The notes under the pieces were generated by a model. The model worked only from the letters and a program-made list of their open reading frames with translations. It had not been told where the DNA came from and searched no databases. Shown here piece by piece: positions 41,455 to 49,799 of a DNA stretch of 64,000 nucleotides (position 1 is its first letter; each line of letters begins with the position of its first letter). Position numbers and translations under genes: made by a program. Location: the IMG/VR virus record IMGVR_UViG_3300043425_001539, positions 124,001 to 188,000 of that record; one strand, given 5' to 3'.

Positions 41455-42456
41455 TTATGAATAAAAAGAGTCATATTGAATTTGGTTAAAACTTATTTTT
41501 GAATAAAGTTCAGTCAAATCCATTTCTGAATTATTCCATTTTATTTTTATTGTATTAATTTTACTTGATTGTATCGGAATTTCGCAAACATCCCACGAAA
41601 TAGGATTAATGATATATTCTTCATTATTAACAATTATGCAAATTTCTTTAATTTCTGTTTTTAAATCATAAAAAACCATTCTAAGATTTCCTGATTGAAT
41701 TACATCATATGAATCATTTTCTTGATTCCAAACGGTTTCTTCGGGGTTTTTACTAATAAAAAATTTAAAGTCTTTATGAATTTTATAATCAAAAAAATCG
41801 TACCCTGTCCAATAGTGAATTAAATCTTTAACCACAAGATCACCAGATTTTATGTTAAATTTTTTAATCCATCGTTCAACATGTGTTTCTGCAATACCGT
41901 TTGTTTTTATATAAAGATCATAGTCAATTTCATTAACAATATTTTTTAAGATTTCGCGGTTTAAAACCATAAAATGTAAACATGAATACCAAATTAGCGT
42001 CGGGTCATGCGGATCAACTCTAGGATAAACTACATTAATATCCGATGATTCAAATTTATTTAATACCTCGTCAGTTATCTCTAAATCATATATCAAGTGA
42101 AAAAAGATATCATAATCAAACGTTAATGCAATTTCACTGATTTTTTTAGTTTGATATAAAGCAGCCCAGCCGTAATCACCAACTCCTCTATGAAATGTTA
42201 TTTTTTTACCTGTATTGGTAAAAAAAGAATACCAATGAGTATATTGCCTTATTGGATAATTTAAAACTGGATTTTCTTTGGTGTAAAAGAAAAAAGAAAA
42301 CTCTTTGATTACCTCATCAGGCATAATTAAATGATTAGGACCTATTCCTATTACATCAATGCCAAGAGATTTTATTTTTTTTATGTTGTTTAATAAAATA
42401 TCAAGTTTTTCTTGAGTATCACAATAAGTGCTAATCATAGCAATTTTTTTACTCAT
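41455..42456 (-). CDS. Glycosyltransferase-like hypothetical protein
   Basis: Similar to the 38811 protein; glycan-cluster context. Confidence 0.5.
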   Translation of the reverse strand: MSKKIAMISTYCDTQEKLDILLNNIKKIKSLGIDVIGIGPNHLIMPDEVIKEFSFFFYTKENPVLNYPIRQYTHWYSFFTNTGKKITFHRGVGDYGWAALYQTKKISEIALTFDYDIFFHLIYDLEITDEVLNKFESSDINVVYPRVDPHDPTLIWYSCLHFMVLNREILKNIVNEIDYDLYIKTNGIAETHVERWIKKFNIKSGDLVVKDLIHYWTGYDFFDYKIHKDFKFFISKNPEETVWNQENDSYDVIQSGNLRMVFYDLKTEIKEICIIVNNEEYIINPISWDVCEIPIQSSKINTIKIKWNNSEMDLTELYSKISFNQIQYDSFYS

Positions 42457-42461
42457 ATTAA

Positions 42462-43016
42462 TTATTTCTGTTTATGTAAATTAATAAATTCATCAATATT
42501 ATCTGACCACAATTGCATTGCATTAATTTTTATTTTGTTTTCGTCCCAGTCCCACCAAGATATGTTTAATAAATCTTGAATCTGAGATTCGGTAAATCTA
42601 TATTTTACTATTCTTGCTGGATTTCCTGCAACAATTGCATACGGAGGCACATCTTTTGTCACAACAGAACCAGCTGCAACTATTGCTCCGTTGTGAATTG
42701 TTATTCCTGACATTATGGTTGCTTTTGCGCCTATCCAAACATCATTTTCAATTATAATGTCGCCTTTAGCTGAAGGATGTCCCATTTGCATGTGCATATT
42801 GGCAATTTCTTCGGTAACAGGACCCCATAATTGCGAACTTGTGGTAACCCAATCAGGTCTGTGATTTGCATGTAAGAAAAAGTTACAATCTCTGCCTATA
42901 GAATTATACTTACCTGCTATAATTCGATATGAATTGCTCCAAGATATAATATTAATGTTGCGATCAAAATAAGTGCCTCTGTCAGCAGAAAGTAAATGAA
43001 TATTTTCTATGCTCAT
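42462..43016 (-). CDS. CatB/Vat-like hexapeptide O-acetyltransferase
   Basis: KGDIIIENDVWIG...GSVVTKDVPPYAIVAGNPAR...WWDW. Confidence 0.9.
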   Translation of the reverse strand: MSIENIHLLSADRGTYFDRNINIISWSNSYRIIAGKYNSIGRDCNFFLHANHRPDWVTTSSQLWGPVTEEIANMHMQMGHPSAKGDIIIENDVWIGAKATIMSGITIHNGAIVAAGSVVTKDVPPYAIVAGNPARIVKYRFTESQIQDLLNISWWDWDENKIKINAMQLWSDNIDEFINLHKQK

Positions 43017-43065
43017 AAATGTTTTGATTAAATTTTTATATTCAAATATAAATAATTAGTTTTAA

Positions 43066-43839
43066 CTATATTAATGCGTACTTGTCTATTGTATTAATTT
43101 TTTCAATTAAAAATTGGCCCAAATATTTCTCAAATTCTTTAAATTCTGATGTGTTTCTAAAAATAACCCATTCATCGGCCCATTCTGTGATTCCCCAATT
43201 TATTTTTCCAATAGGTTCTCGATTCAAAGAAATGTGTATTCCATGAACAGGTCTGTATTCATTTTCATAATCAAAATAAGAAAATCTTTTTTTAACTAAT
43301 TCATATAAAAAAACTTCGTCGTGATTATGTAATCTCTTTTCAATTAAATCGGCGTAAGGAGGTAATGGATAGTAATTATCCCACAAGGAAAAATGAAGCC
43401 CTGTTAATCTGCGATACTGCTGGTTTTCATCAGCAACTTTTCTAACAATATTGCTGTATGGAAGACCTGTTTTTTCCATATCTTTGACGTGAAGAGATAA
43501 CAAATCTTTTTGCAAACAAATTATGTCAATATCGGAAATGTAAATATATTTAGATTTAACCGTTGGTTCAATTATAAATCTTGATAAATTTGGAACACAA
43601 GTTATTTTGTTCTTTTTATGAATAATTACGCCAACTTCAATCTTATTGATTAAAAACCTATTTGGAAATATTTTTGAAATGTAAGATATAGCCTTTTGTG
43701 TCTCTTCACTTAATTCATCATCATAACCTATTTCAATAAATGCAGTTGGATTATGATACAAATGTGAAAAAACAAACAAAGGAATAAAATTATTGTAAGA
43801 CTTATTACAACATGTATAAATATTTAAGGTTTCTTTCAT
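43066..43839 (-). CDS. GT-A-like hypothetical protein
   Basis: YIYISDIDI DXD motif; RLTGLHF and RPVHGIH. Confidence 0.55.
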   Translation of the reverse strand: MKETLNIYTCCNKSYNNFIPLFVFSHLYHNPTAFIEIGYDDELSEETQKAISYISKIFPNRFLINKIEVGVIIHKKNKITCVPNLSRFIIEPTVKSKYIYISDIDIICLQKDLLSLHVKDMEKTGLPYSNIVRKVADENQQYRRLTGLHFSLWDNYYPLPPYADLIEKRLHNHDEVFLYELVKKRFSYFDYENEYRPVHGIHISLNREPIGKINWGITEWADEWVIFRNTSEFKEFEKYLGQFLIEKINTIDKYALI

Positions 43840-44387
43840 TAGATTAAGTGTTCTATAAATTTTTTATTGCCTCCTCTATACCAGTGATATAGATATAAAC
43901 CTCTTATTAAATAAAATTTTAATTGGTGCTTTTGTAATTTCCAATGCAAATCATTATCCACGCCAAGCATACCTTCAGCTTTAAATCCGCCGATTGTTTT
44001 CCAGGTGCTTTTTTTAATTAAAATTAAAAAGCCACTCATAACAGCATTTTTTGGCTTATTTGTTACATCAATAACCGATGAATCATAAATAACTTTCATT
44101 TTTTCACCAAAATCTCTATGATATTTTATGTTATCATTAAAAATATCAACACCAGGCGCAATTTGCCATTCGCATCCTACTCTGTTTGTAAATCCCGTAA
44201 AACAAGAAGCGTCGGGATTTTCCATTAAAGCTTTTTCTATGATTAATCCATAATCAGGTGTTGTGAAAATTGTATCACCGTCAACTATACAAGCCCAATC
44301 ATCATCATTCGGCAAAATTTCCATGAAAGAATTATAATACTGGCCTATATTTTTATTTGCATCAAAAGGGATTGTATAATATATCAT
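43839..44387 (-). CDS. GT2-like glycosyltransferase
   Basis: WACIVDGD, SGFLILIKKSTW..IGGF and GVDND motifs. Confidence 0.7.
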   Translation of the reverse strand: MIYYTIPFDANKNIGQYYNSFMEILPNDDDWACIVDGDTIFTTPDYGLIIEKALMENPDASCFTGFTNRVGCEWQIAPGVDIFNDNIKYHRDFGEKMKVIYDSSVIDVTNKPKNAVMSGFLILIKKSTWKTIGGFKAEGMLGVDNDLHWKLQKHQLKFYLIRGLYLYHWYRGGNKKFIEHLI

Positions 44388-45445
44388 ATTGGTTTTCCGT
44401 TTATAAAGTTTTGCAACTGTCCGTAATCTTTTCTAATTTTTACTTTTTTTGCAATGCTTGAATTGTGTGTCCAAAGCCAAAAGTAATCTGAGCAAATAAT
44501 ATTAGAGTTTAATGGTTTAATATTAATTGGGTACTTCCATAATACATAGTTAAAAGATATCTGATCTCTTTTGGAATATTTTAAAACTTGTTCCCACCAC
44601 ATATTACATAAAAATCGAACTTCTTTAACGTTTTTTCGATAAATAATACCTGTTTGGACCATTCCCCAATTTTCAGGATATCCTTCATTCTTATATATTT
44701 CTGTTTGTTTAATTAAGATTTTTTCATCATCTTTTTTAAATTTAATACAAGCATCTCTTTCCTGGTAAACACAAATTCTGTCAGGGTGCGCAGAAACTGC
44801 AAAAATGTCTTGAGGAGTCAAAAATTTTTGCATAAATTGTTGCGGAGAATTAATAATTTCTACAGTACCATCAATCCATATAGAAGTTTCATATTCAGGT
44901 AAAAATAAATGAGGTAAAATTTTTAACGCTCTTGCTCTTTTTGTTTGATCCAAAAAATTTAAAATTTTAGGTATTTCTCTTATTTCCCATTTTTTATATC
45001 TGCCTGGTCTAATAAGATTGGTAAAACAAATATAATCCCAAGAATCGTCATAATTGCCTATATCTTTAAGATTATCATAATCACCCGAAATACATGTGTA
45101 TATTACTTTTTTATTTTTGGTTTCAATAAATTCATTTGCTTCTATATTTTGATAAAAAAATTCGATTGATTCATTGGCTTTTTCAGGTCTATGTACAGTA
45201 ATTGCTTCTACAGAAAATTCGTCAATTTTATATTGTAGTCCTGTTTTTCTACCTTGCTTAAGCCAATGTCTTAAAGCTAAAAATTCATTATTAATGTTTT
45301 TAGCTTTTAATTGCGAATTAATAAAAATATAATCTTGCCAGTCAAAATCTTCGGGTACATGCGGATGATTTCTTAATCGTTCAAGTTGCTTTGTTGTCGC
45401 GTCTTCGCGTAGCCTCTCAAATTTTTCATTTCTTGGGTCCTTCAC
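44384..45445 (-). CDS. DUF616 (TOD1/MUCI70-like) glycosyltransferase with N-terminal FDW..Y repeat
   Basis: IYTCISGDYD, KILPHLFLP..SIWIDG, HPDRICVYQE and RDQISFNY; GTG start. Confidence 0.75.
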   Translation of the reverse strand: MKDPRNEKFERLREDATTKQLERLRNHPHVPEDFDWQDYIFINSQLKAKNINNEFLALRHWLKQGRKTGLQYKIDEFSVEAITVHRPEKANESIEFFYQNIEANEFIETKNKKVIYTCISGDYDNLKDIGNYDDSWDYICFTNLIRPGRYKKWEIREIPKILNFLDQTKRARALKILPHLFLPEYETSIWIDGTVEIINSPQQFMQKFLTPQDIFAVSAHPDRICVYQERDACIKFKKDDEKILIKQTEIYKNEGYPENWGMVQTGIIYRKNVKEVRFLCNMWWEQVLKYSKRDQISFNYVLWKYPINIKPLNSNIICSDYFWLWTHNSSIAKKVKIRKDYGQLQNFINGKPI

Positions 45446-45473
45446 TTTATGCGTTTTTTATAGCATATATATC

Positions 45474-45505
45474 AAAAAAGGAAAGGTACACTTAAGTACC
45501 TTTCC
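45474..45505 (-). terminator. Intrinsic terminator ending the Ro60 transcript
   Basis: ggaaaggtac-acttaa-gtacctttcc hairpin followed by a U-tract on the minus strand. Confidence 0.8.
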
Positions 45506-45528
45506 TATATTAATTAAAAAAACAACAA

Positions 45529-47154
45529 CTATTTATTTTCAATTTCATCCCACGCTTTTATAATTGCGTCAGCATATTGTGCCTCTTTACCTGTCCATCC
45601 TGTTAAAATTGCTCCGCGATATAATGTTTCAGGCAAAACAGAATTTGTATATCCGCCCACCTGAACAGAAAACACATTTACCTTTGGATTTACAGTTTTA
45701 CGATATTGTCGAATAACAGCAAGAACGTCGAGATATGATGAATAATTTGAAGATCTGTAAGTAAACTCTTTAGGTAATTCATCATGCCCAAACAATTCGC
45801 CTCGGCCAGCCTGCATATCTGAATAAATAAAAACTGTGTCATAATGAATTTTTTCGTTTAGTGCAGCATTCCAAAATAACCAAAGACCATTTTCGGTGTT
45901 AGATCCTGTTCTTTTACCTTTCTCTGTAATGTCTGTAAGTTGACTTAATATTCCGTTTCTTTTGGAAATAGGTGTCATTGTTAATCTGTCGCCAAAAACT
46001 CCAACCTCTCCATTGTCAGCTTGTTTTGCAGTTATAACTGAAGACAAATTAGCAATATCAGCAATAGTAATTTTCCCATATTCCGAATTAAATGTGCCCC
46101 AGGCAGAACCAGAATTGTCTGATAAGCATGCAACCTTGCCTTTTAATTTAGGCATATTTGCAACTGAAATATCAATACACTCTTCAAGAGCATCAAGAAT
46201 TTGCTGCTTATAAGGAATGTCAGTGCTTTTAATAATGTTAAAAGCAGTATAATACCTAAATGGGAATTGCTTTCCTTGTAAAACTCCTGCTTTTAATTGC
46301 TCAAGAATTTGTGTTGCTTGATCTTGTGATAATTCAGATTTTGAAAAAATTCCGCGCAAATTCCTCAACAAGGCCATATGAGGAACTTTAATTGTATTCA
46401 AAATTTCCACCCATGTCTTGCCACTTGATTTTAACATTTCCCAAGTTTGCTCAGTTTCTTTTATCGCAACGGTACCTGTACGCATCAATTCATTGATAGT
46501 TTCATTGTTTGCGTGAGATAACCTTACCAAGTCAATTAGCCTTTTTCCTTTATACTTATTAATTTGATATCTAGACATTGATTCTAAAGAATCAGCCCAA
46601 GACCTCTTAAGAATTGAAGGTAAACCTTTTTTAGACCCGTTTAAATACATATAATATTCAAATTGGTTAGTTATGTCGTCAGGACGCGGTGTAATTTCTT
46701 TAGCAAAAGCGCGCATATAACCTGGATTTTTGGCATTAAATTCCACCCGATTTTTGTGACGAATTGCTCTAACATAAATAACCGCGGGATTCAAGCGCAT
46801 TAAGTATTCATTACGTAATTCCTTGGCAAACTCCAAGGTTCCTAAATAATCATAATCCAATGCGTTGTCAATTACTCGCTCAAACACTTGCCCAGCATCT
46901 TCATTTGGGGATATCAAGTCAGCAAAAATAAAATCCGCAGATAATTTCGAAGGATATTCAACCTTGATACCTTTTCTATAGTACTGCGGTTCGCCAAAAA
47001 TTGAGCTCGTTGCAACCATTTTGAGTGTTTGCAAAGGGTTAACTTTAAATGAAGTACCGCCCATAAAGTTTTGTTCAGCTTGCGCTTCATACATAGAGAT
47101 TTCTGCTTTTCTTTGAACGACTTCCTTGGATGCTGATGAGCTTAATCTTGACAT
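45529..47154 (-). CDS. rsr: Ro60 / TROVE domain RNA-binding protein with vWA domain
   Basis: FGEPQYY, LRNEYLMRLNP, YQINKY, MALLRNLR and KQFPFRYYTA; MIDAS DNSGSA and IYSDMQ. Confidence 0.9.
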   Translation of the reverse strand: MSRLSSSASKEVVQRKAEISMYEAQAEQNFMGGTSFKVNPLQTLKMVATSSIFGEPQYYRKGIKVEYPSKLSADFIFADLISPNEDAGQVFERVIDNALDYDYLGTLEFAKELRNEYLMRLNPAVIYVRAIRHKNRVEFNAKNPGYMRAFAKEITPRPDDITNQFEYYMYLNGSKKGLPSILKRSWADSLESMSRYQINKYKGKRLIDLVRLSHANNETINELMRTGTVAIKETEQTWEMLKSSGKTWVEILNTIKVPHMALLRNLRGIFSKSELSQDQATQILEQLKAGVLQGKQFPFRYYTAFNIIKSTDIPYKQQILDALEECIDISVANMPKLKGKVACLSDNSGSAWGTFNSEYGKITIADIANLSSVITAKQADNGEVGVFGDRLTMTPISKRNGILSQLTDITEKGKRTGSNTENGLWLFWNAALNEKIHYDTVFIYSDMQAGRGELFGHDELPKEFTYRSSNYSSYLDVLAVIRQYRKTVNPKVNVFSVQVGGYTNSVLPETLYRGAILTGWTGKEAQYADAIIKAWDEIENK

Positions 47155-47180
47155 AATAAAAATTGGTTTAATAAGTTAAA

Positions 47181-47262
47181 AAATCGAGAATATCAAAAAG
47201 AGTTTTTAATAAAGTATCATTTACAAATTGATTTTGAAGTAACTCTTTTTCCGCTTCGATTT
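47181..47262 (-). ncRNA. Y RNA-like element 1
   Basis: AAAUCGA-AGCGG-AAAAAGAGUU-ACUUCAA...AACUCUUUUU-GAUAUUC-UCGAUUU. Terminal stem plus inner stem; ends 26 nt upstream of the Ro60 ATG. Confidence 0.7.
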
Positions 47263-47263
47263 G

Positions 47264-47336
47264 AGCAACAAGCGAGACTCGAACTCGCAACATTTAGTTT
47301 GGAAAACTAACACTCTACCAATTGAGCTATTGTTGC
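47264..47336 (-). tRNA. tRNA-Gly(TCC)
   Basis: Cloverleaf: GCAACAA/TTGTTGC acceptor, TTAGT-TTTCCAA-ACTAA anticodon arm, TTCGAGT T-loop; no encoded CCA. Confidence 0.9.
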
Positions 47337-47341
47337 TTATT

Positions 47342-47426
47342 TTTTCTTGAGAAAATTATTAAAGGTGTTGGTGTGTGAAAATTCTAAAACAATTTTGAAG
47401 TAACCTTTAATACCGCTTCAAGAAAA
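47342..47426 (-). ncRNA. Y RNA-like element 2
   Basis: UUUUCUUGA-AGCGG-UAUUAAAGGU-UACUUCAA...ACCUUUAAUA-AUUUUC-UCAAGAAAA. Same architecture as element 1 with compensatory stem changes. Confidence 0.7.
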
Positions 47427-47431
47427 TATTT

Positions 47432-47482
47432 TTTTTAAAGAACGTTTGTAGATATAATATACAAGTAATGATAAATAGTTTT
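47432..47482 (-). promoter_or_regulatory. Promoter and leader duplicated upstream of both RNA transcription units
   Basis: ttttttaaagaacgtttgtagatata...ataaatagtttt is near-identical to 50241-50292 and contains the AAAAC-N15-GTAT motif. Confidence 0.7.
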
Positions 47483-47507
47483 TGTGATTTGATATTTTTT
47501 TTTAAAT

Positions 47508-48254
47508 TTAATCAAACGGCAAAGAAACTCCTCTTTTTCCAACAACGGCACAAGATAAAAAGTTTGCAAAACTTATTGAAGCGTTCAAATCCTTTGTTTC
47601 TAAATAAGTAATACCAAAAGCCGCAACAAAAGTATCTCCTGCACCACTTACATCAATGGTTTCTTTTGGATTTTTAAGAGCGAATGTTTTGTTGTTTATC
47701 ATCGCTCCTCTTGCGCCCAGTGTAACAATAATATTACTTTTATCAGAAATATGCAAATTGTTTGACATTTCGCTTTCGTTTAACTTAATAAATGTAAATT
47801 CTTTAACAATTTCATCAGTTAAAATTTTCTTGGAATCCAACAAAGTTAATTTGCCATTTTTTGCTATTTTTAATAAATCATCATGCCCTAAAAAACCTTT
47901 GTTATAATCACTTACAATTACTAAATCCGCTTCTTTAATCTCTTTTATATTTTCTTCTGTGATGTTAATTTTTCCAACTGGTTGCAATTCTCCGTCATCA
48001 ATTCTAACAATCATTTGGTTTGACTTTTCATCAACAATCCTTGTTTTTTTAATCAATTCTTTCTGATGCCAAAATGTTATACTTGTCTCGGGATTTATTG
48101 ATTTAATGTTTTCTACAACATTTCCTGCCATTCCAGGGTTTTGTGTAGTTTTAATTGGATTAAAAACTGGAACAGGCGCTTCAGGACACAGCCTAACAGT
48201 TTTTCCATAAATAAATTCATCAGTACAAAGTTCACCTATAACTATTACTTTCAT
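47508..48254 (-). CDS. rfaE1: Heptose-7-phosphate kinase-like PfkB protein (HldE/RfaE domain I)
   Basis: RLCPEAPVPV, GMAGNV, IVSDYNKG, VTLGARGA and DVSGAGDTF motifs. Confidence 0.85.
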   Translation of the reverse strand: MKVIVIGELCTDEFIYGKTVRLCPEAPVPVFNPIKTTQNPGMAGNVVENIKSINPETSITFWHQKELIKKTRIVDEKSNQMIVRIDDGELQPVGKINITEENIKEIKEADLVIVSDYNKGFLGHDDLLKIAKNGKLTLLDSKKILTDEIVKEFTFIKLNESEMSNNLHISDKSNIIVTLGARGAMINNKTFALKNPKETIDVSGAGDTFVAAFGITYLETKDLNASISFANFLSCAVVGKRGVSLPFD

Positions 48255-48720
48255 AATTTAAAATTTTTGTTGTTGAATATTTTTCAATTCTTGGAAAAAA
48301 AATTAGTTCTTTAGCATATTCACTTCCTATAACTCCATTTTTGCGATACTCTTCTCCTACTATTAAATAATCAGGGTTTAATCTTTTAATTGCATTTTTA
48401 AGTTCTTCTGAGTCATCAAAAACAATAATGTTTGATACATAAACTATCGAGCTTAACATCTCAATTCTATCTTTTAAAGAATTATACGGTCGCAATTCGC
48501 CTTTTAACTCTTTAATTCTACGATCTGTGTCAATTCCTACTGTTACTTCCCCGTATGAATAAGCATATTTAAGTAAACGAATATGACCGTTGTGTAACAC
48601 ATCAAAAGTACCGTTAACCCAAACCTTTTTATTTAATTTACTATAATGATTTGGCGCAGGAAGACTGGAATAAAAATCCCAGTCTTCATCATCAAGAAAT
48701 TTAGTGGTTTCTTTATTCAT
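48232..48720 (-). CDS. rfaE2: Heptose-1-phosphate adenylyltransferase-like protein (RfaE domain II / cytidylyltransferase)
   Basis: VNGTFDVLHNGH, VGIDTD..LKGELRP and YSTTKI; start reassigned to MNKETT. Confidence 0.85.
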   Translation of the reverse strand: MNKETTKFLDDEDWDFYSSLPAPNHYSKLNKKVWVNGTFDVLHNGHIRLLKYAYSYGEVTVGIDTDRRIKELKGELRPYNSLKDRIEMLSSIVYVSNIIVFDDSEELKNAIKRLNPDYLIVGEEYRKNGVIGSEYAKELIFFPRIEKYSTTKILNYESNSYR

Positions 48721-48725
48721 GTGTA

Positions 48726-49112
48726 CTACTTTTGCGAATCGCCAGCCCAAACTCGGTAACTGTCTTCATCAAAGTGTTGTGTTGATACTTCAAAAACAAT
48801 GCCATCTGTAAGAGCTTCAAGTTGATGCGGTTGTCCTGGATATTGTCGAACAGAGTCTCCTTCTCTTAATGTTATTTCATTGACTTTTGCGGTTTGCGTA
48901 TCTATCCAACGATAAATAAATTCGCCTTCTTTAACATACCAAGTTTCATCTTTAAGCATGTGATAATGCATTGAAAATTTTGCGCCTGCTTTAAAACACA
49001 AAAGTTTTCCGCAATAAAATTCATTATTTTCAAATACAATCTCATGTCCCCATCCTTTAGGAACATTGCATTCTTTGCACTCCTTTGCATTGAATATGTT
49101 TGGTTTTTTCAT
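48726..49112 (-). CDS. Cupin (mannose-6-phosphate isomerase-like)
   Basis: KGWGHE, FSMHYHMLKDETWYV, PH.L and EVST..F.EDSYR motifs. Confidence 0.8.
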   Translation of the reverse strand: MKKPNIFNAKECKECNVPKGWGHEIVFENNEFYCGKLLCFKAGAKFSMHYHMLKDETWYVKEGEFIYRWIDTQTAKVNEITLREGDSVRQYPGQPHQLEALTDGIVFEVSTQHFDEDSYRVWAGDSQK

Positions 49113-49141
49113 AAAAATATATTTGATTTATATATTCAGAG

Positions 49142-49212
49142 CAGAAGCATTAGGATTCGAACCTAAAATAACGCTTTTGGAGAGCGCCATGATACCTTTT
49201 CACCATACTCCT
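49142..49212 (-). tRNA. tRNA-Trp(CCA)
   Basis: AGGAGTA/TGCTTCT acceptor, GCGCT-CTCCAAA-AGCGT anticodon arm, TTCGAAT T-loop, G73. Confidence 0.88.
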
Positions 49213-49216
49213 GTAT

Positions 49217-49390
49217 TTATTCACAGTATTTATTTTTTCTGCACTTGTATTTATTCTCTTCTTTCTTTTTATCTTTAAATACTTTAGGGGCAAACCTTCC
49301 ATCATAGAATCCTTGTTCCTGGGCATTTTTTCTTTGTTTACCCATTTCAATTTTCCTAAGTTGTTCTGAAGTTATCACAAATTTTTTCAT
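49217..49390 (-). CDS. Small basic protein, candidate ArfA-like ribosome rescue factor (57 aa, not in ORF track)
   Basis: MKKFVITSEQLRKIEMGKQRKNAQEQGFYDGRFAPKVFKDKKKEENKYKCRKNKYCE. It exactly fills the gap between tRNA-Gln and tRNA-Trp and has an AT-rich start context. The ArfA likeness is inference. Confidence 0.55.
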   Translation of the reverse strand: MKKFVITSEQLRKIEMGKQRKNAQEQGFYDGRFAPKVFKDKKKEENKYKCRKNKYCE

Positions 49391-49412
49391 ATTAAAATTT
49401 TTAAATTGTGAG

Positions 49413-49483
49413 TTATCTGATCTGGGCTCGAACCAGAAATTTAGGACTCAAAAACCTACGTGATACCATTTCACTATCAGACA
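49413..49483 (-). tRNA. tRNA-Gln(TTG)
   Basis: TGTCTGA/TCAGATA acceptor (U1-A72), TAGGT-TTTTGAG-TCCTA anticodon arm, TTCGAGC T-loop. Confidence 0.85.
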
Positions 49484-49488
49484 ATATG

Positions 49489-49562
49489 TAGGCCTGGCAG
49501 GGTACGATCCTGCAACCCCTGAATTAAAAGTTCAGTGCTCTATCCATTTGAGCTACAAGCCT
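49489..49562 (-). tRNA. tRNA-Lys(TTT)
   Basis: AGGCTTG/CAGGCCT acceptor, CTGAA-CTTTTAA-TTCAG anticodon arm; atypical ATCGTAC T-loop. Confidence 0.88.
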
Positions 49563-49569
49563 ATATTTG

Positions 49570-49641
49570 AGCCTTCTGTCGGACTCGAACCAACATCTTC
49601 TAAATTACAAATTTAAAGCTTTACCATTAAGCTAAGAAGGC
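49570..49641 (-). tRNA. tRNA-Thr(TGT)
   Basis: GCCTTCT/AGAAGGC acceptor, TTAAA-TTTGTAA-TTTAG anticodon arm, TTCGAGT T-loop. Confidence 0.88.
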
Positions 49642-49649
49642 AATTTGTG

Positions 49650-49725
49650 TCCGAGAAGAAGGGTTCGAACCTTCATGATGTCTGGTTCCCAAAACCAGAG
49701 GCTTAGCCAATTAGCCCATTCTCGG
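49650..49725 (-). tRNA. tRNA-Pro(TGG)
   Basis: CCGAGAA/TTCTCGG acceptor, CTGGT-TTTGGGA-ACCAG anticodon arm, TTCGAAC T-loop. Confidence 0.88.
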
Positions 49726-49735
49726 AAATTTGATT

Positions 49736-49777
49736 AAAAACAAAAAGGTCCAGATAATTTAATTACCTGGACCTTTT
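49736..49777 (-). terminator. Intrinsic terminator inside the tRNA operon (attenuator terminator)
   Basis: RNA AAAAGGUCCAGGUAAU-UAA-AUUAUCUGGACCUUUU followed by UGUUUUU. Confidence 0.85.
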
Positions 49778-49799
49778 AAGAATAATAATTACTATTATA

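Noticed and set aside
47181-47426. Y-like elements read as simple terminators or MITEs
   Set aside because: Conserved internal-loop sequences with covarying stems, position right after promoters, and no target-site duplications argue for structured RNAs.
19049-49112. Bacterial LPS/capsule locus or eukaryotic giant-virus origin
   Set aside because: T4-like capsid and baseplate genes, phage promoter motifs and intrinsic terminators are interleaved, and no Wzx, Wzy or ABC exporter is present.
49150-49350. 66-aa ORF from the ORF track
   Set aside because: It overlaps tRNA-Trp; the 49217..49390 frame fits the inter-tRNA gap exactly.
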